A DNA stretch of 64,000 bases, taken from NCBI RefSeq assembly GCF_000150275.1, contig NW_002060948.1:4448336-4512335 (forward strand). Reading direction: 5' to 3'. Made by a program: the position numbers and the translations under genes. The notes beneath the pieces were generated by a model. The model was not told the DNA's origin. It saw only the letters and a program-made list of their open reading frames with translations, and did not search any database. The stretch is from Trichoplax adhaerens. Taxonomy: Eukaryota > Animalia > Placozoa. Shown here in pieces: positions 41,144 through 54,752 of the stretch; position 1 is the first letter of the stretch; the number at the start of each line of letters is the position of its first letter.

Positions 41144-44100
41144 TTAATCAAAAGAGATTTTAGTTCCTCGAAATTCCTGAATAGATCCTTTTTTTGAAGC
41201 TGGAGGACCAGACCCTCTAGGCCTTGAGAATCCTGTTACAGTTAGAAATGTTGACTTACGTATATTGTATAAGATAATTTACCTTTTAAAAACGAAATAT
41301 ACATTTAAAAAGTTTTTAAACGAACCTCGCTGTCCGCCTCCACCACGTTGCTGTCCAAAGGATCTATTAAATCCACGTCGTGGTCGACCACCTCCCCCAC
41401 CTGGGGAAAAATTCGATCTTTGTCCGGCAAAATCTAGGAATATATTTCGTCCATCTATACTTTTGTTCTGCATATTTTTTAGAGCTTTCGAGGTGGCTTC
41501 GGAGTCATAAAAATCTATATGCGCAAAACTAGATCGGGTAGAAACAACAATTAATTTTCAAAGCGTTTCTTTCATGTAAAATTAACAATATTATAAAATT
41601 CCTGATGACTACAAAACTCACCCACGTGGTTTACCAGTTTCTCTGTCTGTTGCTATTCTAACATTTTTGCAATCTTTAAATAGCTTCTGTAGTGTTTCTT
41701 CGGTAGTATTATAAGATAAATTTTTTACAAATAGGCAGGTAGACGGTTCACTGTTGCCACCACCGCCTCCTCTACCTCCGCTCGATGGATTTGAGAAACT
41801 ACGGCGTTGTTGAGATGGTGTAGTTGGCTTTGCGTTAGCATCATTTATTCTTAGATTTCTTCCATCCAACTCAGATCCATCTAATTTGATAGCATTTTGA
41901 GCATCCGCTACAGTCTCAAAATCGGCATAGCCAAATCTATAAGTAACAGTGAATGTTATCAGTACCTGCCAAAATCATTTCCAATTGAAGGTGAACCTTT
42001 CATCCCAATTTAAAGGCATGAATCTATGATAAGATAAATAATAGTAATTGTAATTCATTTTTACCCTTTCGAATCCCCAGTATTTCTATCGGTAATAATT
42101 CTAACGGAAGCAGGCTCCAAACCGTTACTTGTAAAAAAATTAGTTAAACTGTCTGTATCGGTATCATAAGATATTTTACCAATGAATACAGTTTTTCCGC
42201 CTAAATACATATAAAGAAGGTATTAAACAGTTATCAAGTGCCGAATGAATACAACAATATGATGGCAGGACTGCTCATGATATTGATGTTAGCGCGTGAA
42301 AATAACCTTCTTCTTCTTCTTCTTCTTTCGAACGCTTGAAGCTCGGAGTAGCATCATTAAATTCTGATTTTCGCTTTTTGGAACCAGAATTATTACCCTT
42401 GTCAGCTACTTTTTTACCATTTTCTTTCTCGTTCGTTTGTTCGTTGGAATCTGATTCTGAATCTTCACTATCACTAGAGTCATCGCTGGCGTCTGCTTGG
42501 ATTTTAGCCTCTTTGCTCTTTACCTCTGCATCACTATCATCTGAATCATCGTCTGAACTGTCATCATTATTAGATTCATCAGAGTCTTCACTTTCACTGT
42601 CAGAATCATCGTCACTTTCTTTAGACTTTTCTACAGGGGTATCTTTCGTTGTTGATTCCTCTTCGCTATCGTCTTCGGAATCATCACTGTCTTCTATGTT
42701 AGAAATAGTCATTAATAAATTAATAAATCAGTTACGACACCATGTAAGAATCTATAACCAAATAGCTGACCTTCACTCTCGTCATCACTGCTGGCATCCT
42801 CACCAACAGGTTGAACATTTGAGTCTGATTCATCGCTACTGTCGTCATCATCATCGCTTGTGCTACTGCTTTTATCGGCTTTTACCTTCGTAGCTACCTT
42901 GCTTATTTCCTTGCTACTATCTTCACTCTCGCTATCTGAATCTTCGCTCGACGATTCAGAATCTGTTTCGAAAAATATTAAATTCTGTTAGTTCTATCCC
43001 ACTCAAGGCAAAGTTGAAGGGGCGTAACGTAAAGGATAATCCTATATATTATTGCGAGATAGTTACCGCTATCGACTTGCATTTTTTCAGCGGCCTCCTC
43101 TTCAGAAGAATCTAAGAGAATGGATACATAGTTTGATGATTAGTACCGTAAATATGAGCATTAATTATGAAACAGGCATACAGTACTGTGCATGTTAAAA
43201 CGATGTCAAATTAAGTAATGTCCAAGAATTTCTATTCGATGCAGGCCGAGGCACCTACCGGAGTTATCGCTGTCAGAAGTATCCGCTACAGGAGTCGGAT
43301 CAGTAACTTCTTCGACGCTCGAGCTATCTTCTGAGGACTAAAATATTGCAAATAATTACTTTAATCTTGCGTAGACGAAGAATTGGCATTAGCCACAAAT
43401 AATGCATTAATTTTTAGAAAGTTTTCAGCAACAATGGGGTACATACATCATCGCTGTCGCTGTCCGAGGGAGTAGGAGGGGCCGTTACTTTTGAGCGTTT
43501 ATTTGCCTTTTTGGGATTACTGGGAAGTGGTACGCAATCATTAATAGGTTGATAAAACTTACACTTTAATTATAAAGAATCTTGCCACTGTACCCATATA
43601 CTTATGTACACTATACTGTAGTTTAATAACCCGTTACAATACTACTGGCTCCTGACCATCATACACATAACAATTTTAATTCGTCGGATAAGCTAACCTT
43701 TTCTTTTCAGGTATTTTAGCAACCTAAAAGCAAATAAAGCGACACGAAAGAAAATTTAGAATTTTTTAGAATTTGTAAATCAATATACAGCGTAAATTTC
43801 TACAAAGAATTATTACCTTAGCTGGCTTGACGGCGGGATTAGAATGCTTCTCGGATTCCTTTCTCTTAGTTTTCTTTACATCCGCTTGTTTCGTTTTCTC
43901 AGCAGCCTAAATTTACAAAATGTCAGCTCAAATTTTAGGCCGATAGCATACTTTGAACATGTATTGAATTCCTTGATGTAACTTCAATGTAGGGTACAGT
44001 AATACTAATAAACGGCGCTCCAGTAGACCGTCAAAATACATTTACCGTGAGTTATCGAGTACTAATAGACTTATTATGTAAATCTTTTTTAACTGTGTAG

Positions 44101-44268
44101 TCTGTAGTACTTGCAGTAAAATGATTTTGTAGCTTTGAAAATCCCGTAATATGCAACACAGTGTGAGCTAGGACAGCCTACAAGTATACTACTGTAATCG
44201 ATTACCGCACATACCTTGCCTTTCTTGACGGCTGCCGTTTCACGTTTCTTCGTTTTGTCACTTCCCAT
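41144..44268 (-). CDS. NCL: Nucleolin / Nsr1-like protein: acidic Ser-rich N-terminus, two RRMs, Gly/Arg-rich tail; multi-exon
   Basis: Start MGSDKTKKRETAAVKKGK (an in-frame upstream ATG also exists at 44307); D/E/S tracts; NLS-like KKRKS; RRM1 TVFIGKISYD..SKG|FGYADF; RRM2 CLFVKNLSYN..PRG|FAHIDF; ends GSIQEFRGTKISFD*. Confidence 0.9.
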
Positions 44269-45649
44269 ACTGTACAACTTTTTGCTCCAATTTTCAAATC
44301 TAGTCATTTTTACAGCAATAATAGCACGCTTAGAATGTAGCCATTACAAGAACGGAAGCGATAAATACGATGCATAATACGCATTATACTGTAATTAGTT
44401 AACATCGGCAACATCATAGCTAAAGACACTTGTCCGTATTACAGTACAGTACATTATATTATATTACAATCGTTGCAACACTAGCTTGCATGCCAACATT
44501 GGAAAATGAATCCAGTTGCAAAGTACTTTGCATTGTGGGCATGCAATGGAGTAAAAATTGGAACGTTTGCAACACAAAATCTTGATCCAGTGAGTCGTAT
44601 TACAGTAAATGACGAGAGTCAATAGAGTTGCCTGTAGAGTTTAGAGGAGGATTGATTGATAGTTTCGTAGCGAGCGAGGTTTGTGCTAGAAAAGGTTCAC
44701 CAGCGAGCTCAGTTACGCTCGTCTATTTAGTCATAGCTCAAGCCGGAATTACCAGTCGACAACACATTGATGAAAAGTTTTTCAACTATCATGAATGTAT
44801 CACTTCTAAGTAGTGCACAATCTATTCACAGTTTGCAGTAGACTAAATCATTATCGTTTATACGGTCTGGTTATCAGTAGATCGCATGGAGATGCCAACG
44901 ATAAAACCATAGTTACCCGCTAGCAACCCACACTCATCGACCTACTCGAAGTAATTGTACTGCAAGTTACTCAATGCATTGCTAATTTCGAATGTACTAA
45001 GTAGCGTAAGCTGACATGGAAGGAATATCATTTTCATTTATTTGAATGACTGAAAATAAACCCATTGATCGCTGTCTTCTATGTCTATTGAATGCAGATA
45101 GATCTCTTCTAACTAGTACAGAGCACATGATAAGATTGAATTGATAGTAATGAACATGATCTATTAGAGCATGCTGTCTCAAGACGAGCAACTTGCTCCA
45201 ACTCATGGCATCAGCGTGCGTTGTATGTCAGGTTGCAATTTCCACATAGAATAAGCCAAAAATGGAATCAAATCTGTGCAATCAATTACTAACATCGTAT
45301 AGCTTGATCATTACTATCCAATGCTATTGGCTCACGAGACAAATTAGCAGAAAGAAGTCATCAAAACACATGCACCTACCGTAGAATGGTTGTCCAAGCT
45401 GGCGGTGTCACCTGTAGCAACTTGTGGTGCAAGAAATGACAAGCTTTCCCTTTAGTTTAGAGCACAGTCTACAGTAGTGCTGACAGGCTAGTGCACCAAG
45501 CTCGAGACCTAGTCGATACACAAGCCAACGTGGAGAATGTGAAAGCTCTGCCCTTGGATTTGATACCCCCAAATTTTGAAAAATTCTTCCAGCCACATGG
45601 ATCTCGGAGGCTTGGACGTCATTTGTCGAATCTCCAGTAAAGTACACTA

Positions 45650-46072
45650 CAAATTACTGTAGTTTCCTCTACTGTATGAATCACTTGAGTGTACAGCACA
45701 GTACCCTGGATTACAGTACTCCATGCTGTACTGTAAAAGAAGTACTGTACACGATACAGTACTTTACAGTACGGTACCCTGGATTACAGTACGTACAGTA
45801 CTGTACAGTACAGTACGTACTGTACTGTACTCCATGCTGCATTGCGCAATGTACATACTGTACAGTACAGTACAGCGTGAGCCATACTGTACACTGTGAT
45901 GTACTGTAGTATTGAATCTGATGTTGATGATTGACGCAGTGATGACGTAGTCCTGTACTGTACTGTACTGTACTGTACAGTACGGCTTGACCATTTCATG
46001 CCTTGTACTGTACAGTGTACAGTACAAGGCACAGTATGACTCAGTGTACAGTACAGTACAGAGCTGTACGGA
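45650..46072. repeat. TACAG/TACTG array between divergent NCL and PLEKHM2
   Basis: Dense units; internal duplicated spacers GTACCCTGGATTACAGTAC and TACTCCATGCTG. Smaller clusters at about 46370-46400, 46635-46670, 46940-46990 and 47340-47430. Confidence 0.9.
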
Positions 46073-47907
46073 GTTACCAGAAATCATTCGCGCAGCATGG
46101 CGTGAGGGTTTGGCCATGCCGTGGACTACGAGCAGCTTTTCTGCTGGCTTGGCCAAGTATCAATGCCGAATGCATCATTATCGAAAAACGCACATGTTAC
46201 CGGCAACGACTACAAAAGAGAAAGAGAGAGACAAGAAACGATCATTCACTATACTAATTCCCAATTAATAATATGCAGTCTACCATTGGCATCCCAATTA
46301 GCTGCAAGCTTGCAATTATGCCGTTAAGTTGAGTTAAGTTTATGCGATACGGTTTCATCGACACCGTAGATAGTACAGTACAGTATAGTACTGTACTGGA
46401 GAAGGACCTGCAACATGATCAGCTACCTCTAGATACCATATTATTTTGTACTGAAAAGCGGCTTCCCGTCCCATCTCTCTTTTCGTTTTAGCAGCCGCTG
46501 ATACCGGCAAGAGGCAAAAGCCAAAAATGATTAGTATGTACATGTTCACGTGTAAAGCACTATTGGCACTTGATAATGATGGCTAGAAATTCGTATATTC
46601 AGTTAGTGGGCATTAAACATTTTGTACGAAAAAGTATAGTACAGTACTGCACAGTGTACTGTACAGTCTACACTACATTTTAGAATTTGGGCGATAATAC
46701 TCGGCTATTCGAGTTGTCTGTAGATATTTTGCGTGAATAGATTGACACGTTTTGTGTAGAATAGCTCAGCCCGGCTACGCTGGGTTTACACTGGCTGGTA
46801 TAATATAATATAATAATAATAATTTTATTATTAATCACGTGTATCGCGTCTCCATCAATTTAAATTGTGTACTGTAATCTTATTCGATTGATGACAGACA
46901 ACAATCACAGTGTACGCTGCTGTCTCTCATGGAATTACTCAGTACAGTACAGTATATATACCACAACACTGGTACATACTGTACACGTCGTACTCATTGC
47001 ATGATGGCTGCTTAAAGCGTTAAAGCGCAAACGGTGAAATTGCCAGCTTGAATCAGTACGAAAATAAAGTTTTAAATTTACTCCTTTCTTATACGTAGAC
47101 TGTACTGGGATCATATCGGATCTACGGCGCAAATACATTACCATATATGATCCCTATACTGTTCTATAGTGCTATTGTGGAAAATCTGAGATCTCTGCAA
47201 TGGAGTTGAATTGCAACTGAATTTCAGTTACACGTTATACCATGGTTTCTCTTCTTCCTTGAGTAGTCCTGCTTCTGCAGCTTAATTCAATTTCAATTCT
47301 GACTGAATAATTAATTTATAATGAATTAATTACCACTCATATACAGTACAAGGATAATAAGGTGATTAATAATTAATATTGATGTACAGTACAGTACAGT
47401 AGATGTGATGGTTAAAATATACAGTACTGTAGATTACATAATCTAGAATTATTGCTCGAACATCGGAAAAAGAAAGTATAGTAGAGTAATTGGGATATGC
47501 GGTGCACTAGCAGAACTCAGAAGTAACAAAACAAGAGGATAGCGACTGCAGAACACTAGGCGAGTTACAAGTCATTATTACCGTAGTGTTCTATGCACTC
47601 AGCGTTAAGTGTACAGTATACTAAATCCTCTTAGGGTCTCTGGTGGACATTATACAGTACAACGTGCACTAAACAGTAAACACCGATATAGGACATTCGT
47701 CCACTCTTATAAAACTCCATCCTACAGCCAGTTTTCCAACAAAAATAATTCGCTAAATCTATAGGAAAACCATAATTATACTACGTTGACTAAATTGATT
47801 CAACGTAAATGCTTGTAGACGGCTAAGAGGTCAATTGGATCCCATGTTTCTTGTTGATTTGTGACCGTGTGATTGTGCCCTACGTGCGTGAATGTGAACA
47901 GGACGCC

Positions 47908-50900
47908 ATGGCTGAATATGATGATACCAAAGTGAAGGACAACATGGTAGTGGCGATCTCTGGCGCAATCAAGAGCGTAAGGGCAGTCCATTTTGACTTG
48001 ATGCTCAACAGTGTATCATTAAATCAGCACATAATATAATATTGCTCTATACTGAATAGTGCTGGCAGTAACATCAATATTTTCGATGAAGGCTATTTTC
48101 ATGACGATGAGTTAATAACTTCGGTAACAAGAGTACAGTATTGTTATTTCGAATATATATCGACACGTTGAGTTTCAAGTCTTTAATACGAGTATTGGTG
48201 AATCCACTTCACCGAATCTTTTAACTTACCATACAGCCACTGCTCATGGCTATGATAGTCTACTAGTTAAATATACAAGCATGATTTACTCTGAAGCAAT
48301 AAAACAGTGTGTTTGGCCTGATTAATGAATTAACTACTAAACTGCTTTTACCCCAGTAAAGTAGGTGTTTGTTTTCATCTGTCGCACGGAATAATATGAA
48401 TGCAAAGTTGTCATTAGCCATTTGTTATAGCACAAAATATTCGTTAATACTACTCTTCCAATATGTATTATAGCTGCAGCTGTATTCCATTTCATCCAAA
48501 GATCGCTCAAAAGATACACCAAAGGTTATTTCAAACAACAATTTGCAACTCCATGATCTCTGTATACAGTTGGATCGAGCTTTTTGTCATGGGTATGTTT
48601 TACTTGCACAACTCTTCACTGGACACCAATATTTGTATTGTAGATACTGTACTTGATTCAACATTCTGTCCATAGAGATACGGTTAAAGTCAATTGAACC
48701 ATAGTGAATTTATTTTCTTGCCCGTCTTTGAACGATACGATACTGTTATCGATCCACTTATTATCATCGAACAATAAATAAATTTAGCAGGGATAATTGT
48801 AAATGGAATCGTTTAATTACAGTCTTTGATTAATTATTCTAATCGCAGTACGTAGAATTGAGCAGAGTTGTACCGAGCAAAATAACCATTAATACCACCA
48901 CTGCATTCTATTTTATCATTTAAAAGATTGTCTTGTCTTACCTCAGTTGTCGGGCATGTTCCAGTGTAGTCGATAGTCGACATAGGGGTAAATAGCAGTT
49001 TTCGCAAAAACTATAAAAAATCAATAAGAGTTCATTAATCGATAAGGATAAGGCAAACGATTCTTTATGCAAGTATAGCAAGTTGAGAAACTTTATTTAG
49101 CATTATATGCACTTCTAGATAACCTCATAATTTAGGAATACGTATCTTACATTGTCTTGCATTATAAGTTTACGTGCTGGTAAAAACGGATTTTGGAAGT
49201 ATCTTCACGGAGTTATTCCTAAGAAAACAGTGCAAGAAATTGAAGGATTAGCAAATGTTTCAAGTGACATCGGCAAGGGTAGGATGAAAATCAGTTGACC
49301 ATGTTTAAAATTGCCTTTTACGCTATTATTATTCGATACGATACAATATTCAAATATCAATTATTCGTAAAGGTCGTGCGTGGCTCCACTTGATACTAGC
49401 AGAAAGCAGCCTAGAAAGTTATTTACGTTTGTTTGCCAAACAGAACGATATACACAAAAGAAAACATTATCATAGGTAAGCTAACTGTTGTAGCAGCTCT
49501 AATGCAACACTAATATACATTTGTATCATACTTAGTAATACCTTAGGTTTCCAGAATTTCTAAATTAAGAAATAAATCATCTGCTTATACACATCTCTGG
49601 ATTTAATTTGAGAATATTACAGTTTTTAGAAACCAATTAAAACAAATTTTTTATCATTTACAGATATGCACTGTTATGTGACATTGAGGTATTATCAACG
49701 CTAGAAGTCTTACTGATAATGATTACACAATTTTATTGAAATTGCATTGTAACTGTAACTAGCCTTTAATATATATTGGTATTATTACATGGTTGCATGA
49801 TAAATAATCCTTCTCACTAATTTGTTGTGCAGAGAATGCAGCTACTAGAGACAGTAGCATCTGGTTTAGATGCTATCCAGTTTGTTCTCGATATGGTAGG
49901 TTACGCATTTTATTTCGTAAATTTATCTAAAGCAATCAAACAAGAGTATTTCATGTTTACCTGTAACCGGTCTATTTAGAAGATTACCTTGTTAAAATTG
50001 TAATATGCGAGCGGTTCTAGTAGGTAAAAGTTTATCTTGCATTGACAGTGGGCGGAATTTTTATTCTTTTAGGACGTCCCTTACATGGATTCTGTTGATT
50101 ATTCTACCCCTTTTGTATCGGGAAATGTTAATAACGACGATAAGCTTTCTAATACACCTGGTTTTGCAAAAAAGAAAGTATTAACCAGTATGGGCTACGT
50201 TGACTGCGTTGTCAAGTCAAGTGAAAGCAAGTCGGCTGGTAAATATGAATTGCTGTTGCATAGTACTGCGAATTTGCTTTAAAGTAGCATAGTAGTGGAC
50301 GATAGAATAACAGTAGGCAGTTGATTGCTTTTCGAAAATACTTACTGAATATCTCAAAAGATAAGCAATGAATAGCTTCAGCAAGGCATTTATTCATCAT
50401 TAGCTTACAGTTATAAGATTTGATAAGAATCAGTAAGTCTTTCAATTGAGAGTGAGTGATTTGTTACGGATTTTGAATTTAATAAGCTTCATATATCAAT
50501 GTGTTATGCGTAAAAGCACTGATCGTTGTATAAATACACGTACTGGTATTCATTGCCTAGGTTTGTAATATTAACGTTGACGATTAATTGAATGTACTGC
50601 ATAATAGTAATGTCTCCAGCCAATGATAACATATCGCCTAATGCAGAAGTTAAAAAAGATAAAACCGCTCCAGAAAAGTTGCCCCAAAAAGAACATCCGC
50701 GGCTAAGTTCTGCTCCTATTCCTCCAATGCTGCAAGCGTCTATAACATCTTCTGAACATATGGCTGACACTGTTGTTAGTCGTAATCGAAAAAAGAAAAA
50801 AAATAAATCATCTAAAGGCACTAGCCAAAGTAGTCACGACAAGTCGGCTAAATCGCATGGTGATGTTATCACAGATGACAAAATTCCCACTGATGTGCTG

Positions 50901-53900
50901 GATGATAAATATCTTAGCACTGAAGAAAATAAGAATGATTTCCACGCAAAAGAAGCACCTATGGATCCAGTAGATAGTACATCTGTGACGTCGAAAGGCG
51001 AACTAATTACAAAGCCTTCGGAGCTACTCCAAACTGAGTAGGATGTTATAACTATAGGATTTATTTCTGATGTTTGTGATTGACTTAATGTATTTTTATT
51101 ATTTTCGTACCTATTAAAAGGAGCGACTTGCAGATTGTAACAGATGATAATGAAATTAGATCTGCTGAAGAAATAATCACTATCGGGTTTGACAACCATG
51201 AAGAGATATTAGCAGATACAGTTATGGAGTTACCAGATAATGAGTAAGTCTGTTGCAATTTATGTTTTTTTATTTTTTGTGCGCGATGTTTTGATGTTAA
51301 TTAGTGGTTTTTGTTGGTTAAATATCTAGAACACCCAAAATGACTAATCAAACTGTCGAAAATTGTCAATTTCTTAATGATAGTACAAATGCTGAAACAT
51401 TGAAATCCAATGATACAATTGGGTTTCATGTTGAATCAGAAATGGACATGAAACGTAGCGAACAGCTAACTGTAACCACGGATGCCTTAAATCCTATAGA
51501 TAATAGTGAAACCCCTCCTAAGAATAATAAATTATCGGATTTGCTGCAATCTCAGGATGTTCTGGTGGAGACTTCATTGCAAAATAGACATTCCACGTTG
51601 CCCAACGATGAAGTTAATGAATTATCAGTCGTAGAAGACCATATTATTACTGAAACCGAAGCTAAGCCTGACATAGAAAGTCCTAACAGTGACAAGGAAG
51701 TTGATAATTATAGTACACATAATAATGACTTTGGTAATGCAGCAGCAACGAGCACTGATGGTAGTAGCATTGATAAGGATAATGAGAAAACCAGAAGTCA
51801 TTCTTTATCAGCTAGTGAAAATATACCTGAAAACATCTTGGCTTTCGATTTCGAAATAAAGTGTGTAAATCGTATCATTATCTGATTAGATTATTAATCC
51901 TGTAGTGCTGAATTGATTTGATCGATAGATAATTTTTTTATGTTTATTTTAGCATTACCCCTAGTATTGAACTAGAATTAACGTTAAATACGATTGATGA
52001 CGAAATCGAAAGTCTCTGTAAGGTATGATTGGATGTGTTTCGCTGTATTGTGTGTTGTTCAATTCAATTAGTAACGTTTTAACCGTATGTAGATGTACAA
52101 GGTACCGTATTTCGAAAATACCATGTTCGTAAATTTTCAGTACCTGTTGCTGACCGATGCAACAATTTACATGCTTTATCAAGGTATAATGCGATTTTTA
52201 AGACTAATAAGCTAAAGCTGTATTAATTTATATACTGTTATAAATTTAATGTAAGACAATTGATAAAATTTTTTATGTATCAATTAGTGAGTTATATTCC
52301 ATTCTATTTATTACAGATTCAGGCAGTTATATGAAGAAGTTGTCCTTCGAACTTGATGCTATTGACCATTTTGTGGTAAAGATTAAATTAATGTTGTTTC
52401 CAACGTGATCTTTTTATCCATCATAAATTTATATGAATATTGAGAAAGTACGAATTGTAGTATGGCAGGATAGCTAAAAATTAATAATTATGAATATCTA
52501 TTACTGGAAGATTGGAATCGATTGGCAACTTTTAGGAATAGCAATCAAATCAGCAAACTACAACAAACTAAATATCTATACACTCTGTGAATTGCATGGG
52601 AGGTAGATATTTTTTATTGCTGTTATGAATATTCGATTTTTGTAAGATAGTAGTAAATCTAGTCGTAAAAGTATTGAACTTTGATATTGTAGCTAAAAGT
52701 TAAATTTTATATTCCAACTATTGGGCTTTAACTACAATTAAGAGCTATAATTGGTGAATTAAAGAAAATTTTATCTTGCCGGGGTTTGGAACCTTTGATA
52801 ATTTATGATAAAATAACAGAACTGGATAAGTGGATAGATACTATTGAAGAAAAAGTGGTAATATGTGATGCATGTAATAATTACTAAATAAGCATATAAA
52901 ATATTTTTCAAATGAGTACACATTTTCTTGTTATTTTGCAGTATATACACTTACCGATATTGTTATTGATATTTTATATAACAGGTTAAAGATAACTCTG
53001 CGCTTAAATACATCCAGTTTTGCTGTGCTTCTAACGTCGCTTCACGAATGAAACCGCGAAAGTCAACAGTGACACATAGTTAGTGCTTACGTTAATGGAT
53101 TTATTTGGATTTCGAATAGACACACACATACAGTAGCCTCAAACAATGTAGGGAATCATTAAATAAATTTTTATTGATAACAAATTGTACATTTCACAAC
53201 TTAGACGGGTGGCTTGAATATTATAAACCACAAGGTTACTTTGGAAGGGGCCAAAACTGGTTAAAACAGTATTTTTGCATTCAGTTAGTATTTATCGTAG
53301 ATAGAAGCAGTAATATCGGCAAAGCTTATTCACTGTATATTACTGCGAAAAGTAGTATTTTTATATTCAATTAGTATTAATGTTATCCTGCTTTTATATC
53401 TTTGTATTTTTATTTAGAGATGGAAAATTATACCATTGGTTAGCAAAGGTATCAAACCTATCACTGTAGTAAATTTTGACTGCCAAGTTGCCTATTTTTT
53501 AAATTCATATATCGTTATCTTTAGGGTGATAGACATCCGAAAGCTATTCTTGATTTAAAGTTAGTGCAAGTCGTAATAGCTTCTTATAAATATAATCAAT
53601 AAATCTAACAGGTGTATAATGTATAATTGTCTTCTGAATGAATTTGCACTATTATAATTTCATTGTGCAGGGAATGTGCAGAGTGCAATTTGATACCAGA
53701 TAGCGAAAAGCCATTTGCTTTTAAGGTGTGTAAATTGATAATAAAATTTCTGAAATGCTGAGGACTTATGTAATTTATATAGATGTTTAAATTTTAACTG
53801 TAGCATTCTTATTTCTTACTATATCGCCGGCGTCTGATTATATTTTATTTATTACTAAAAGATTAAAATGAAAGATGGCAGCACTTCGTTCGCTCTTGCA

Positions 53901-54752
53901 GCTCAAGATGGAGAGTCTTTAAGAATATGGTTAACGTTGCTGTATGAAAATATTCTAACTCAAAATGTAAATTAGTGATAGAGCAACTTTTTAGTACATT
54001 ATCGCTATAGTGTATATATATAGAAGTACGGACTACCGATAATCTTTAAAATAATTATTTTTGTGATAGGTGTGGGATAGAAAGAATAATGCTGTATGTC
54101 CGGGTCCGGGATTTGTTCTTGGGTCTTTGATTATCACGAAGACAAATGTAATTATTACGTTAATTTCGACGCCTATGAAATATTTGGCGCTTATGAAATT
54201 GCAATTACAGAAATATAAATATCACTGCATGATTGTTCTTCTCTCAGGTATATATTTGTACGACTAATACAGAAAGTGAGATTCTAAAGATGATATCATC
54301 ATGTCCGATTGAGAGTATAATTTCCGTGTCTAAAGATAAAGATGGGCGAATACCGTATTGTTGCAGTTTGGTTAGATCATTGAATTTTCCTTCAGTTGAT
54401 AGTTAAGAGAATTTGTTGTACATTATTTTGCTCTGTTGAAAAGATGAATGTTTTTGCATTTGCAGGAGTACATTATCGTGGAAAGTGATGAAAGTCATAG
54501 TATTCCGTTGTGCTTTGCGACTAGTTTTGATTGTGAAAAATTTATAGCTAGTATTACAAAAGAATGGCGTAATTTATTCAAGGTAAAATACATATATGAA
54601 ATATCGATTTCTGAATGATAACATATTCCCTCTATGAACCATTATTTACGGGTGCGTTGGTCTTATAGGTTGATTTATCAGTTGGAGAATGTGAGGAATA
54701 TATTATCGACACTTTTAACGAATATGTGGAAATATTTGGTGAAAGCAAATAA
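47908..54752 (+). CDS. PLEKHM2: RUN and PH domain protein PLEKHM2 (SKIP), multi-exon
   Basis: MAEYDDTKVKDNMVVAISGAIKS|..LCIQLDRAFCHGL..GFWKYL..SDIGKGRAWLHLILAESSLESYLRLF..SGLDAIQFVLDMDVPYMD (RUN); long low-complexity linker with RKKKKNK; PH domain DGWLEYYKPQGYFGRGQNWLKQYFCI..EKPFAFK..LAAQDGESLRIWL; ends EWRNLFK|VDLSVG..FGESK*. Confidence 0.92.

Noticed and set aside
41937-42062. Intronic box C/D snoRNA in nucleolin (vertebrate NCL hosts snoRNAs); also a TGATGA..CTGA pair at about 45363-45228 on the minus strand
   Set aside because: The intron has CTGA but no proper RTGATGA box, and neither candidate has an rRNA-complementary guide I can recognise.
42067-42077. TTCGAATCC resembling a tRNA T-loop
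   Set aside because: Lies antisense within a nucleolin RRM exon and has no cloverleaf.
42336-42893. 185 aa Ser/Leu-rich plus-strand ORF
   Set aside because: Antisense shadow of the nucleolin acidic exons. Other antisense ORFs (7799, 8766, 9603, 41265, 50504, 50834, 59305) are explained the same way.
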